Below are positions 10,149 through 22,506 of a stretch of 32,000 nucleotides of DNA, piece after piece (the stretch's first letter is position 1; each line of letters begins with the position of its first letter). This stretch comes from Ignicoccus hospitalis KIN4/I (GTDB lineage Archaea > Thermoproteota > Thermoprotei_A > Sulfolobales > Ignicoccaceae), in assembly GCF_000017945.1 (NCBI RefSeq), contig NC_009776.1, positions 720,001 through 752,000 on the forward strand, in the 5' to 3' direction. The notes below the pieces were generated by a model. That model had not been told where the DNA came from. It saw nothing but the letters and a program-made list of their open reading frames with translations, and ran no database searches. Both the position numbers and the translations under genes were made by a program.

Positions 10149-10955
10149 TCATGATATCCCTAATGCGCGGCGGAGGACCTCTTCCCTCTCCCCGGATCCA
10201 AGCCTCTTCGCAGCGTCTACTAGCTTCCTAACCCTGTGGACGTCCACAGGGTTCTCGGTCACCCCTCCTTCCTTGAAGTACGTCCCAACGATTACGCCGT
10301 CCGCCGAGGCGAAGCGGACCACGTTCTCCGGAGTTATTCCAGAAGCCACAAGCACGGGCTTGGGCGTACAAGTCTTAACGACCTCTAACTGTCGGGGATC
10401 GGCCTCGCTCCCCGTCGCCGCCCCCGAGACGGCTAGGGCGTCTGCCCTACACCGCCCTCCGAGGTCGCGCGCCTCGTCGCACAAGTCTCTCCCGCTGATT
10501 GGGGCTGCGTGCTTCACGCGGACGTCAGCTACCACTCCCACCTTCGCGCCCCAGCGCCTCATGACCTCTAGCCCTTCCCTCGCCACGGGCGTGAGGAGCC
10601 CTTCAGGGGCGTCAGAGGTCCAACACCACTGGTTGGAACGCACGAACTTAGCCCCGGACGCGAGGGCCACTGCTATCGCTTCCGGCGCAGAGTTCCGGAG
10701 TAGGCTGACTCCCGCGCTTAGCTCCAGCGAGCGGACGACCTCTGTAACCACTCGGGTCGCGGCAGCTACGGTGACGTAATCCACCCTTATGGGGAACGGG
10801 TAGTCCATAAAGTTTTCTATTATTATAGCGTCTACCCCTCCCTTTTCGAGGGCCTTCGCGTCCTTCACGGCCCTTTCTATTACAGCGTCGAAGTCGCCGC
10901 CCCACCCGTATGAGCCGGGGAGCGGAAGCAAGTGGACGACCCCTATTACGAGCAC
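10149..10955 (-). CDS. BtpA/SgcQ family TIM-barrel protein
   Basis: MLVIGVVHLLPLPGSY...GGVDAIIIENFMDYPF...VGVVADVRVKHAAP...VLVASGITPENV...DGVIVGTYFKEGG. Confidence 0.85.
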   Translation of the reverse strand: MLVIGVVHLLPLPGSYGWGGDFDAVIERAVKDAKALEKGGVDAIIIENFMDYPFPIRVDYVTVAAATRVVTEVVRSLELSAGVSLLRNSAPEAIAVALASGAKFVRSNQWCWTSDAPEGLLTPVAREGLEVMRRWGAKVGVVADVRVKHAAPISGRDLCDEARDLGGRCRADALAVSGAATGSEADPRQLEVVKTCTPKPVLVASGITPENVVRFASADGVIVGTYFKEGGVTENPVDVHRVRKLVDAAKRLGSGEREEVLRRALGIS

Positions 10956-11067
10956 GGCCCCTCCCGCGGGGCCCTAGCGTTAGGCGCCCATACGTCCTCG
11001 CTCGATGATCCGAGATGCTGACCTCTCGACCTTAACTCATAAATGACAAGTCCGCAACTTACCTTCT

Positions 11068-11252
11068 AGAAAACTTTATTACCCCTACCCCGCGCTAGGG
11101 GAACACGGAGGGCCGCCCCGGGACGGGGAGAACCGGGGACGGCCCGGGAGAAAGCTCAAAAACCCCGGGCTCCCGGGGGAAGACCCGGGAGCTACGGGGC
11201 AAGCACGGGAGAAGTGGGGTCCGGGCAGAGGCCCGGACCGACAGGGGCCCAC
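11068..11252 (+). repeat. rRNA promoter/leader repeat, copy 2 (upstream of 23S)
   Basis: Perfect 185-bp duplicate of 8105-8289; the identity is lost immediately outside these bounds. Confidence 0.97.
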
Positions 11253-11305
11253 GATCCGGGTCGGCCGGCCTCGAGGGCCGCAAGCCTCCGGGCCCTCGGG
11301 GCCCC
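11243..11305 (+). other. 23S processing stem, 5' arm with BHB motif
   Basis: 11243-11276 pairs with 14441-14474. GCCG (11277-11280) pairs with CGGC (14434-14437). CAA (11281-11283) is bulged. 11284-11305 pairs with 14412-14433, including one G-U. Confidence 0.95.
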
Positions 11306-11319
11306 GCCCCAGGGGCAAC

Positions 11320-14345
<3,026 letters not shown>

Positions 14346-14411
14346 GCCGTTAGCCTCGGGCGGGGCTTCTCACCCGGGGGCGAGCCGCAAGAGTAGGTTG
14401 GCTCGTCCCCG

Positions 14412-14474
14412 GGGGTCCCGAGGGCCCGGAGGCCGGCAAACCTCGAGGCCGGCCGACCCGGATCGTGGGCCCCT
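14412..14474 (+). other. 23S processing stem, 3' arm
   Basis: Reverse complementary to 11243-11305, with the 3-nt bulge AAA at 14438-14440. Confidence 0.95.
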
Positions 14475-14505
14475 ACGCCTCTTCATTCCTCCCGCACGCT
14501 TGCTC

Positions 14506-14787
14506 CTAAGTCTCCATGTCTCCCGCGGCCACGAACTCCTTGTAGAGCACGAGCGCCGCCTGAACGACACGCCTCGCCTTAGCTACGAGCGAGCACAGCC
14601 TATTGTTGGAGGTTGTGAAGCGACACACGACGTCGGCGACTTCCAAGACGGCTGCGAGTAGCTCGAGCGCCTCCTTAACTATCTCGGAGGAGGTTTCCAC
14701 CCTCCTCACCGGATAAGTGTTTAACGTTTTGCGCGGAGTCGTCCCTTCGCTCCTTCCTCTTCTCGAGAAGCGGACCACGTAGCTCAA
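14506..14787 (-). CDS. Hypothetical protein
   Basis: 93 aa ORF between the 23S processing stem and the tRNA gene; amphipathic helical composition. Confidence 0.4.
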   Translation of the reverse strand: MSYVVRFSRRGRSEGTTPRKTLNTYPVRRVETSSEIVKEALELLAAVLEVADVVCRFTTSNNRLCSLVAKARRVVQAALVLYKEFVAAGDMET

Positions 14788-14818
14788 AACTTATTAAGGC
14801 TTGTGGGAACCCCTCCCC

Positions 14819-14894
14819 GGGCCCGTAGCTCAGCTGGAAGAGCGCCGCCCTCGCAAGGCGGAGGTCCCGGGTTCAAATCCCGGCGGGTCCACCA
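14819..14894 (+). tRNA. tRNA-Ala (anticodon CGC), CCA encoded
   Basis: GGGCCCG/CGGGTCC acceptor stem, GCTC/GAGC D stem, CCGCC-CTCGCAA-GGCGG anticodon arm, GGTTCAAATCC T loop, then A73-CCA. AT-rich promoter-like CTTATTAA lies upstream. Confidence 0.97.
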
Positions 14895-14911
14895 CTTCCA
14901 AAAGGTTAGTG

Positions 14912-15499
14912 TTACGAACCTCCCTCGCTTCCAACCTTCTCCGCGTGTTCCAACAAGCGTCGGGCGACCTCCCGGTCCTCCTCGTCGCCCAGGCGGAGGG
15001 CCTCCGAGAGGAGCTCCCTTATCCTCTCCCTCTCGTCCTTTAAGTGGAGCCTCGTTATCAAGACTAGGGCCTCGAGTATGTAGAAGAAGGCCCTGCGCGG
15101 CGGTCCCGCGGGCCTCCAGAAGCCCTTAGTAGGCTTGCAGAACGCCTTGGCGGGGAAGGAGTAACGGTAGCTCAACAACTCGCACTCCACGGCCAAGTAC
15201 CAGCGCGAGGGACCCGGGCCTAGGGGGGTGGAGGCTAAAGGCCTCTCCTTAAACACGGCGAAGTCCGCGTATTCGGCGGAGGAGCACGAGGCGAAGAGGG
15301 ACAGCTTACCTTCCCTTAACATGCTCCTCTCGAAGCGCCCCGGGTAGACGTTGAACGCTAAGCCGTCCCCCTCCCTCCAAACCCCTAGGACGCTGCGGGC
15401 CCCGCCGGAGACGGCCAAGCTCTCGTTGTACGTATTGCTAAAGTATTTCAACGTCTCGACGCCCTCCAGAGCAACGGAGCCGCGGGTTGCACGAGGCAA
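14912..15499 (-). CDS. DUF447-like (FMN-binding split-barrel type) protein
   Basis: 195 aa intact ORF. NTYNESL, SCSSAEYADFAVF and SRWYLAVECELLSY segments resemble archaeal DUF447 proteins; family recalled, not searched. Confidence 0.5.
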   Translation of the reverse strand: MPRATRGSVALEGVETLKYFSNTYNESLAVSGGARSVLGVWREGDGLAFNVYPGRFERSMLREGKLSLFASCSSAEYADFAVFKERPLASTPLGPGPSRWYLAVECELLSYRYSFPAKAFCKPTKGFWRPAGPPRRAFFYILEALVLITRLHLKDERERIRELLSEALRLGDEEDREVARRLLEHAEKVGSEGGS

Positions 15500-15906
15500 G
15501 CTACGCCCTCACGATAGTGGATACCGTCATGGAGGCCCTTAAAAAGGAGGGCCTCGAGAACGTGAAAGTAACCAAAGTCATAATTAAGATAGGAGAGTTG
15601 AGCTTGGTGGACCCCGTAGCTTTGCGTAACGCCTTCGAGGCCTACTCCCTAGGCAGCCCCTTGGAGGGGGCCGAGCTGGAGATAGAGGTGGTGCCGTCCA
15701 AGTTCGTGTGTAAGAGGTGTGGCCACGAGTGGACCTTTAAAGACGTCTACCCAGAGCTCAAGGCTAACATACCGGTCATCCACTTGTATCCCCACTTAGT
15801 GAAGGACCTACTCAAGTGTCCCAAGTGCAACAGTTCCGAGGTGGAAATTGTGCAAGGGACGGAGTTCGTAATAGAGGGATTCGAATATCAAGAGAGTAAC
15901 GAGTGA
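15487..15906 (+). CDS. hypA: Hydrogenase nickel metallochaperone HypA
   Basis: MHEASYALTIVDTVMEAL start (TTG codon), KIGELSLVDP, and zinc motifs CKRCG...CPKCNS. Confidence 0.92.
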   Translation: MHEASYALTIVDTVMEALKKEGLENVKVTKVIIKIGELSLVDPVALRNAFEAYSLGSPLEGAELEIEVVPSKFVCKRCGHEWTFKDVYPELKANIPVIHLYPHLVKDLLKCPKCNSSEVEIVQGTEFVIEGFEYQESNE

Positions 15907-15974
15907 ACCCTAGAGTCAACCAACGCGTTTTTATTATTAATTAACGTTCGCGCACTGGCTTTTGGAGGCACGAG

Positions 15975-17753
15975 ATGTCCGCCCTGAGCGCGCGGAAAGC
16001 GCAGAGCTTTCGCTTACTCGAACCTTCCCGCTACGAAGGCGACACGATAAAGATAGCGAACCGCACCGTAAAGGTGGGCGGTCCCCTCCCCAAGCTCAAA
16101 GAGGGGGAGAAGCTGCTGAAGGTGACAAACAGCCTCTGCCCCGAGTGCTACAGGCTCCTCCCGGCGGTGGTGTTCGAGCGCGACGGGAAGGTCTACATAA
16201 GGAGGGTCTGCCCGGAGCACGGGGAGATAGAGGAGATATACTTCGGCGACGCTAAGCTCTACAAGAAGTTTGAGAAGTGGGAAGAGGACGGGAAGGGGAC
16301 AACGGCCTACACCAAGCTCACCGCCCCGTGCCCCTTCAGCTGCGGCCTCTGTCCCATGCACAAGAGCCACACCGCCCTGCTCAACCTAGTGGTCACCAAC
16401 CGCTGCGACCTAACTTGTTGGTACTGCTTCTTCTACGCTGAGAAGGCCGGCTACGTGTACGAACCCACCTTGGAGCAGATAGAGTTTATGGTTAAGCAAG
16501 CCATGCGCCAAGGCGTGCCCTTGGCGGTCCAGCTGACCGGCGGAGAGCCTACCATGAGGAGCGACTTGCCGGAGATAGTTAGGCTCCTCCGCAGGTTGGG
16601 GGTGAGGCACATACAGCTCAACACCCACGGCATCCGCTTCGCCGAGCTTTACCTAAAGGACCCGAGGGCCGCCGTGGAATACGTAAGGTCGCTGAGGTAC
16701 GTGGACGGTCAGATAGGCGTTAACACGGTCTACTTGTCGTTCGACGGCGTCACCCCCCAGACCAACCCCAAGAACCACTGGGAGGTCCCCTATACCTTCG
16801 CGGCGTTTAGGGAGGGCGGAATGACTTCGGTTGTGCTAGTTCCAACAGTGATAAAGAATTGGAACTTACATGAAGTTGGGGACATAGTAAAGTTCGCAGC
16901 ATTAAATATGGACATAGTTAGGGGCGTCAACTTCCAGCCCGTGTCCTTGACCGGACTCATGCCCAGGAAAGAGAGGGACAAGGCCAGGGTGACCATACCC
17001 GACTTGATAAAGGCCTTAGAGGAGCAGACTGGAGGACAAATAACTGCCGACGACTGGTACCCGGTACCCATAACCGTGGCCTTCTCCAAGTTCATGGAGA
17101 GGTTCTCCCACGACACCCCCCACTTCGAGATGACCAACCACCCCATGTGTGGGGCGGCCACCTACGTCTACGTAGAGCGCAAGGGCACGGAGGTTAGCTA
17201 CGTCCCCTTGCCGAGGTTCGTGGACGTGGAGGGGCTGGCGGAGTACTTGGAGGAGAAGGCGGAGGAGCTGGAGGGGGGCAGCACCTTAACTAAGATGAAA
17301 GTAGCTATGAAAATACTGTACAACTTGAGGAAGTTCATAGATCAAGAGAAGGCCCCCGAGGGCTTCGACTTCTGGAAGCTCTTGTACCAGATAATAGTAA
17401 AGAGGAACTACGAGGCGCTGGGGGAGCTCCACTACAAGCTTCTGTACATCGGAACTATGCACTTCATGGACCTCTACAACTACGACGTCCAGAGGGTCAT
17501 GAGGTGCAATATCCACTACTCCTCTCCGGACGGGAGGGTGATACCGTTCTGCGCTTACAACGTCCTCAACGACCTGTACAGGGACTATATAATCAAAGAG
17601 AACAGCATGAGCTTGGAGGAAGCCAAGAAGAGGCTGGGCCCGGACGTCTTCCGGAAGTACATAAGGAACGTGAAGCTGTTGGAGGCCGGCGAGGAGTACA
17701 AGAGGACCTACGCGCCGTTCATGGAGAAGATACGCTCTTCGCGCGCCTCTTAG
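15975..17753 (+). CDS. tes: Radical SAM protein, tetraether lipid synthase (Tes)-like
   Basis: 592 aa with a Cys-rich N-terminus (CPECY...CPEHGE), [13 protein letters not shown], the radical SAM motif [13 protein letters not shown], and [10 protein letters not shown]. Confidence 0.72.
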   Translation: MSALSARKAQSFRLLEPSRYEGDTIKIANRTVKVGGPLPKLKEGEKLLKVTNSLCPECYRLLPAVVFERDGKVYIRRVCPEHGEIEEIYFGDAKLYKKFEKWEEDGKGTTAYTKLTAPCPFSCGLCPMHKSHTALLNLVVTNRCDLTCWYCFFYAEKAGYVYEPTLEQIEFMVKQAMRQGVPLAVQLTGGEPTMRSDLPEIVRLLRRLGVRHIQLNTHGIRFAELYLKDPRAAVEYVRSLRYVDGQIGVNTVYLSFDGVTPQTNPKNHWEVPYTFAAFREGGMTSVVLVPTVIKNWNLHEVGDIVKFAALNMDIVRGVNFQPVSLTGLMPRKERDKARVTIPDLIKALEEQTGGQITADDWYPVPITVAFSKFMERFSHDTPHFEMTNHPMCGAATYVYVERKGTEVSYVPLPRFVDVEGLAEYLEEKAEELEGGSTLTKMKVAMKILYNLRKFIDQEKAPEGFDFWKLLYQIIVKRNYEALGELHYKLLYIGTMHFMDLYNYDVQRVMRCNIHYSSPDGRVIPFCAYNVLNDLYRDYIIKENSMSLEEAKKRLGPDVFRKYIRNVKLLEAGEEYKRTYAPFMEKIRSSRAS

Positions 17754-18081
17754 CGAAGTACTTTTCGTACAAGTCCTTCCTAATGTAAACCTTCCCCCTT
17801 CTTATTTGGAATACCAGACCGTCCAAGGGGTTGGGGGGCGGAGGGGGACACCCCTCCGGGGGCTGAGTGCCCAAGTACTTCCACCGGAGCTTCGTTCCGT
17901 CCCTCTCGTACTTGTAAAAGTACTTGCCGACGTATACGTACACCCTTCCCTTGCTCTTTACGTAGTGGAACGCCTTTAACCTGACGTTCTCCGGGAGCTT
18001 CTCGTTGTATTCGTACAGTTCCTTCAAGTATTGGTCAAGCAGCTCCTTGAGCTCCCCCTGGTCCAGCTCTACGTACTCCAC
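17719..18081 (-). CDS. Hypothetical protein
   Basis: 120 aa ([28 protein letters not shown]...[16 protein letters not shown]), convergent with the radical SAM gene with a 35-bp overlap. Confidence 0.6.
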   Translation of the reverse strand: MEYVELDQGELKELLDQYLKELYEYNEKLPENVRLKAFHYVKSKGRVYVYVGKYFYKYERDGTKLRWKYLGTQPPEGCPPPPPNPLDGLVFQIRRGKVYIRKDLYEKYFAKRRAKSVSSP

Positions 18082-18174
18082 CGGACTTCCCTTCGGGAGT
18101 AGGGCCTTCGGAGTGAGGGAGCGGCGAGGAAAGTATCATTTGAATGTTACCGCGAGGGCGCGGGGGCAACGCGT

Positions 18175-18468
18175 TTGGAGTGGGAGACCCTCCGGGAGAG
18201 GATGATAAAGCTCCTCTCGGAGACGGAGGAGCCGCTGAGCGCCAAGGAAATTGCGTTCGAACTCGGCATAAAGGACGAGAAGCTGGTTTACGAAGAGCTG
18301 AAGCACGTAGCTAAGACCGTCAAGAGGAGGGGCATGAGGCTCTACGTGCAGCCCGCCTACTGTAAGAAGTGCGGCTTCGTCTTTAAGGACGCCCAGATAA
18401 AGAGGCCCTCTAAGTGCCCGCGCTGTAAGAGCCAGTGGATAGAGCCTCCTAGGTTCGTGATAAGGTGA
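18175..18468 (+). CDS. Winged-HTH transcriptional regulator with zinc ribbon
   Basis: PLSAKEIAFELGI HTH plus YCKKCGFVF...CPRCKSQWIEPPRF ribbon. Confidence 0.8.
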   Translation: MEWETLRERMIKLLSETEEPLSAKEIAFELGIKDEKLVYEELKHVAKTVKRRGMRLYVQPAYCKKCGFVFKDAQIKRPSKCPRCKSQWIEPPRFVIR

Positions 18469-18474
18469 GGGGCG

Positions 18475-19737
18475 TTGAGGGAGCTGGCGGCCGGAGCGCT
18501 CTTCGCGGGAGTGGTAACTGTCATGATCTTCTTGCCCGAGTCCAAGCGCCCTTGGGCGGCCCTAGCCGGAGCGGCCTTGGCCCTAGCGGCGGGGCTCGTC
18601 GAACCCTCCCGCCTCCCGGAGCACTTGAACCTAGACGTGCTGGGCTTGATAGCCGGGGCTTGTGTAATTTCCGCTTACTTGACCGAGTCGGGCTTGATGG
18701 ACGAGTTGGCCCAGAGGTCCTTGAGGTGGAGCAAGGGCGACTTGAGGAGGCTCACTTGGTCCTTGGCTATGGTCTCCGGAGTGGTTTCGCTCTTTATAGA
18801 GAACGTGACGACGTTAATCATGCTCGCCCCCATGGTGTTCAGCGTAGCGCGCGCGTTGAAGGTAGACGCCGTCCCGATGCTGCTCGCGGCGGCCTTCGCC
18901 TCCAACTTGGGCGGAGCCGCGCTGCTCGTGGGCGACCCCCAGAGCGCGCTGGCCGCCGGTTACTTCAACTTGGACTTCGGGGACTTCCTCTTCCACGCGG
19001 GCAAGCCTTCCATATTCTGGATGGTCTTGACAGCCTTGATTGCCTCCACCACTGCCTTCACTTATACGTTCGTAAAGGGGAAGTTTAATTTACCGAGCGA
19101 ATCCAAGGAGAAGAGGTCGATAAGGGACAAGAAGCTAGCTTACGTCAGCTTAACTGCTTTAGCAATCAAGATATTGCTACTGGCGCTCAGAAAGCAGTTG
19201 GGCATAGGTCTGAGCTTACCGGCATTCATAGGGGCCTCGATAATATTACTATACACTAGAGACGTAAAGTTCGCTATTAAGTCTATCGAGTGGAAGCTGC
19301 TAGCCTTCTTGGCCGGGATGTTCGTACTGGTGGGGGCGCTGCAAGACAGCGGGACCATGAGGTTGGTAGCTGAGTCCTTCACCAAGCTCGCCTCTTGCGA
19401 CTACTACAAGCTGACGGCCTTGATAGTCGCGGCGTCGGTTGCTGTCTCAGCCGTGGTAGACAACGTTCCCTACTTAATGGCGATGTTCCCCATAATTTCT
19501 AAAATATCCTCCCACTGCGGCATATACTACTTCAAGCTGCTGTTAGCCCTCTTGATAGGAGCAACCCTCGGTGGGAACATAACTTACTTCGGGAGCTCGA
19601 CCAACATAACGGCGGTTCACTTGCTAGAGGAAGAGGGGTACTCGGTGAGGTTTAGGGACTTCCTTAAATACGGCGCTTACTACACCGCTTGGGCGCTGGG
19701 CTCCGCGCTGGCCCTCTACTACGCCTTGTGGAGATGA
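18475..19737 (+). CDS. ArsB/NhaD (ion transporter superfamily) permease
   Basis: 420 aa polytopic protein; the ENVTTLIMLAPM and DNVPYLMAMFP re-entrant repeats are typical of the family. Confidence 0.85.
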   Translation: MRELAAGALFAGVVTVMIFLPESKRPWAALAGAALALAAGLVEPSRLPEHLNLDVLGLIAGACVISAYLTESGLMDELAQRSLRWSKGDLRRLTWSLAMVSGVVSLFIENVTTLIMLAPMVFSVARALKVDAVPMLLAAAFASNLGGAALLVGDPQSALAAGYFNLDFGDFLFHAGKPSIFWMVLTALIASTTAFTYTFVKGKFNLPSESKEKRSIRDKKLAYVSLTALAIKILLLALRKQLGIGLSLPAFIGASIILLYTRDVKFAIKSIEWKLLAFLAGMFVLVGALQDSGTMRLVAESFTKLASCDYYKLTALIVAASVAVSAVVDNVPYLMAMFPIISKISSHCGIYYFKLLLALLIGATLGGNITYFGSSTNITAVHLLEEEGYSVRFRDFLKYGAYYTAWALGSALALYYALWR

Positions 19738-19852
19738 CGAGGGATTATCGAAGGGAAGCGGTGACCGGCGGGAGTACGGCGGATCCGTGACACCCTTCCA
19801 ACCGCTTTAATTACTCGGGTCGGCGATACTAACGAAGTACCGGGGACTTGAG

Positions 19853-20308
19853 GTGGAGACGTTAGGACCCGTTCGCAAGGCCTCCGTTAGCACGCTCCTC
19901 TTCAGCTTGGGCTTTCCCGAGGAAGAGTACTTGAGGGAGGCCGAATCCGACCTTCTGAGGATGATCGCCAAGGCAGGGGCTAAGCCCTTGGAACTCCCGG
20001 TGGAGGCCACCTTCGACCAGCTGGTGGCCGCGGTGGGCGAGGCCCCGTTGGAGGAGGCCCTCCAGAGGGCGGAGGCCCTATTGGAGGTGCTCAACATGCC
20101 GGACGGACACTTGAAGGAGACGCTGATGGACTTGTTAAGCGTCGACGTAATCGACATGATAGCCATGATAGCCGACCAGTTCGGGGCCGACCCCCAAGAC
20201 GTCTACTGGGCCTTCGCGGAGATCGGGAACAAGGAGAGCAGGGCGAGGGCTGCGGTGAGCACTTTCGCCAACTTGATATTAGAGTCCATAAGGAGGGAGC
20301 TCGCCTAG
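19853..20308 (+). CDS. Hypothetical acidic helical protein
   Basis: 151 aa intact ORF preceded by promoter-like CTTTAATTA. Confidence 0.6.
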   Translation: METLGPVRKASVSTLLFSLGFPEEEYLREAESDLLRMIAKAGAKPLELPVEATFDQLVAAVGEAPLEEALQRAEALLEVLNMPDGHLKETLMDLLSVDVIDMIAMIADQFGADPQDVYWAFAEIGNKESRARAAVSTFANLILESIRRELA

Positions 20309-20352
20309 AGCTCTTTATTCCCCACGTCCCATGCCCGGAAGGGCAGATCCCT

Positions 20353-21102
20353 TTGTTGTCGCAGAACACCGTAGGCCCTCTGGCTCGGGGCACTTCCGTG
20401 TTGGACGCCGCCAAGAGCATGGTCCTCAACAACTCTCCCTACGCGCTGTTAGAAGGGGCCCCACTGACCATGATAGACGCCGTCCAGATACTGAGGGCCG
20501 TGGCCATGGCAGACACGCCGATAGACGTGATAGAGGTCTTTAGGGCCGACGCGTCCGAGCTGGCCTACGAAGTCCCCATAGTAGAGGGGTCCGAGGAGGC
20601 GGTCAAGGCTATGCTCGGGAAGGACGTGAGCGCGGTGGCGGGGAAGGGAGGCTCCCTGTTGGACTCCCTCTACGTGTTAGTGGAGCGAGAGAAGGAGCTC
20701 GAGGGCCACAAGGTCTCCGAGATAATAGACAAGAGGCCGCCCTTGATAAATCCCCTTTGGGACTTCTTGAGGGCCCTGAGGGCCTCCCTAATCTACCCGC
20801 TGAGGGGCCACGCGGTGGTGGGGCAGAAGAAGCCGTTCGGCATAATTACCCCGCTGAAGTTCCTGAGGTTCCTAACCCTGGAGAGCACATTAAGTCAGCT
20901 GGAGATGGGGGAGAGCGCCCCGCTTGAGAGGGCGGCCGGCGACTTGGCGGAGCCCTTGCCCACCTACCCTACCCCGGAAACTAAGGTATCGGACCTAATC
21001 AAGGAGATGATTGAGCTCAAGAGCGAAGTGCTGCCCGTGGTGGCGGAGAGGCGCTACGTGGGCGTGGCGAGCGCCAGGGGCGCGCTTTCCTTACTGATAT
21101 GA
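20353..21102 (+). CDS. Divergent tandem CBS-domain-like protein
   Basis: TVGPLARGTSVLDAAKSMVLNNSPYALLEG and a late repeat KSEVLPVVAERRYVGVAS resemble CBS motifs. Confidence 0.5.
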   Translation: MLSQNTVGPLARGTSVLDAAKSMVLNNSPYALLEGAPLTMIDAVQILRAVAMADTPIDVIEVFRADASELAYEVPIVEGSEEAVKAMLGKDVSAVAGKGGSLLDSLYVLVEREKELEGHKVSEIIDKRPPLINPLWDFLRALRASLIYPLRGHAVVGQKKPFGIITPLKFLRFLTLESTLSQLEMGESAPLERAAGDLAEPLPTYPTPETKVSDLIKEMIELKSEVLPVVAERRYVGVASARGALSLLI

Positions 21103-21116
21103 CGGGGTGAAACCCC

Positions 21117-21794
21117 TTGTGCATAAAACTTGCCGACGTTTCTGCCTCCGAGGTCAAGAAGTTAGCTAAGGCCGTCTTGGTGCCCGTCGGCAGCTTGGAG
21201 GACCACGGCCCGCTGCCCTTGGGCTTGGACACCAAGATAGCTGAGGCGGTGGCGTGTAAGTGTGAGGAGGCGGTCGTGGCGCCGTCCATAAACTACTCCT
21301 TCAGCCCCGAGCACCCGTTCTCCGTGACCGTGCCCCTCCCCACGCTCTCCGCGTTCTTACTGGAAGTAACGTCGCAGCTGTACAACTTGTTCTCCGTTCC
21401 GGTGATCTTCGTGGTCGCCCACAAGGGGGCGGCGCCGGTGATGGAGGCGGTGACGATGGAGGCTTACAAGAGGGGAGTTAGGACTGCCCTGTTGGACGTC
21501 TGGGGAGTAATAGAATCTTTGGGGTACGACGACTTCCAGAAGCTCTGTAGGGCGGAGGCCTCCCTAGCGTTGGCCTTAGGATACAGCGTGGTCGTGCGTA
21601 AGTCGAAGAGGTACAAGAGCCCCCCTATGAAGAAGGGGGTCTTAATACCTTGGCACTCGGGGGAGTACGGCTGCTCCCCTGAGTCGGTCTCAGAGGCGCG
21701 GAAGGAGGAAGGGCTCCGGATAATCGAGGAGGTCGCCGAGGCGCTGAGGGGGCTGGTGAGGGGCCTTGAGGATCTTAGTGGTGGGGGAAGGTGA
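21117..21794 (+). CDS. Creatininase family amidohydrolase-like protein
   Basis: VLVPVGSLEDHGPLPLGLDTKIAEAV and VIFVVAHKGAAPVMEAVTMEA. Confidence 0.78.
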   Translation: MCIKLADVSASEVKKLAKAVLVPVGSLEDHGPLPLGLDTKIAEAVACKCEEAVVAPSINYSFSPEHPFSVTVPLPTLSAFLLEVTSQLYNLFSVPVIFVVAHKGAAPVMEAVTMEAYKRGVRTALLDVWGVIESLGYDDFQKLCRAEASLALALGYSVVVRKSKRYKSPPMKKGVLIPWHSGEYGCSPESVSEARKEEGLRIIEEVAEALRGLVRGLEDLSGGGR

Positions 21795-22305
21795 GGAGTG
21801 CTCGGTGATATCGGAGACCATGGAAAAGGGAGGCTACGAGGTCAAGAGGGCCCCAAGGGTTGAGGAGGACGAGGACGTCTGCTTTTATCAAGCGGTCATA
21901 AGCTGTGGGGGCGACGAGGACGTCATACAGAGCGTGTTGGACGTTTACTCCTTGGCGCTGGAGAACGACTGCCAAGCCCCTAGGATAATCGCCCTCGCGG
22001 ACGACCCAAACGTCAGGGTGATACTGGAGCGCTTGGGCGCGGACGTGGTCCTCCCGGTAAACGCGGTGGCCAGGATAGCGGCCTCCATCGCCACATACCC
22101 CTACGCGGGCTTGCTCTTGCTGAACGCAATGAAGGGAGAACTCAAGGTGGCCTCGAAGGAATGCCTCAACTCCGAGGGGTGTGACGCCTTCACGCTGGCC
22201 GGCGAGAAGGGGATACCGATAGCTGTGCTCAGCAGGGGGCGTTGGATGCCGCCCAGCACAAACTTGAAGCCCGGCGACATAGTGGTCTACTTCGTGGTGG
22301 GTTAG
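21766..22305 (+). CDS. TrkA-N/RCK-like nucleotide-binding regulatory protein
   Basis: MRILVVGEGEECSVISETMEKGGYEV, IIALADDPNVRVILERLGADVVLPVNAVA, and a C-terminal RCK-C-like segment. Confidence 0.55.
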   Translation: MRILVVGEGEECSVISETMEKGGYEVKRAPRVEEDEDVCFYQAVISCGGDEDVIQSVLDVYSLALENDCQAPRIIALADDPNVRVILERLGADVVLPVNAVARIAASIATYPYAGLLLLNAMKGELKVASKECLNSEGCDAFTLAGEKGIPIAVLSRGRWMPPSTNLKPGDIVVYFVVG

Positions 22306-22310
22306 GGTTG

Positions 22311-22505
22311 GTGCAGAGGTGTTGGAACAAGGGGCCCTTGGGCCCCACGGTAGCTACCGGCTGCTTCGTGCTCTATTACTTTAACGAGCGCGACGGGGTC
22401 GCGGAGGCCCTAGCGAGGGCCTTCGGGGGGAAGGTGGTGGACGCGAGGGAGGCCCCGGACCCGGACGAGGTCGTGCACGAGAAGGCTCTGGTTTGGTGTT
22501 GGTAG
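22311..22505 (+). CDS. Small hypothetical protein
   Basis: In-frame GTG start just after the upstream stop gives VQRCWNKGPLGPTVATGCFVLYYFNERDGVAEALARAFGGKVVDAREAPDPDEVVHEKALVWCW, which has protein-like composition. Confidence 0.45.
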   Translation: MQRCWNKGPLGPTVATGCFVLYYFNERDGVAEALARAFGGKVVDAREAPDPDEVVHEKALVWCW

Positions 22506-22506
22506 C

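Noticed and set aside
11005-11055. Possible small RNA upstream of the 23S promoter (CGATGATCCGAGATGCTGACCTCTCG)
   Set aside because: Spacing between the box-like motifs is too short for a guide; only a 5-bp hairpin is supported.
18465-19088. 207-aa plus-strand ORF overlapping the permease gene
   Set aside because: Arg/Gly-rich frame-shifted shadow of the ArsB/NhaD permease, which has clear transmembrane structure.
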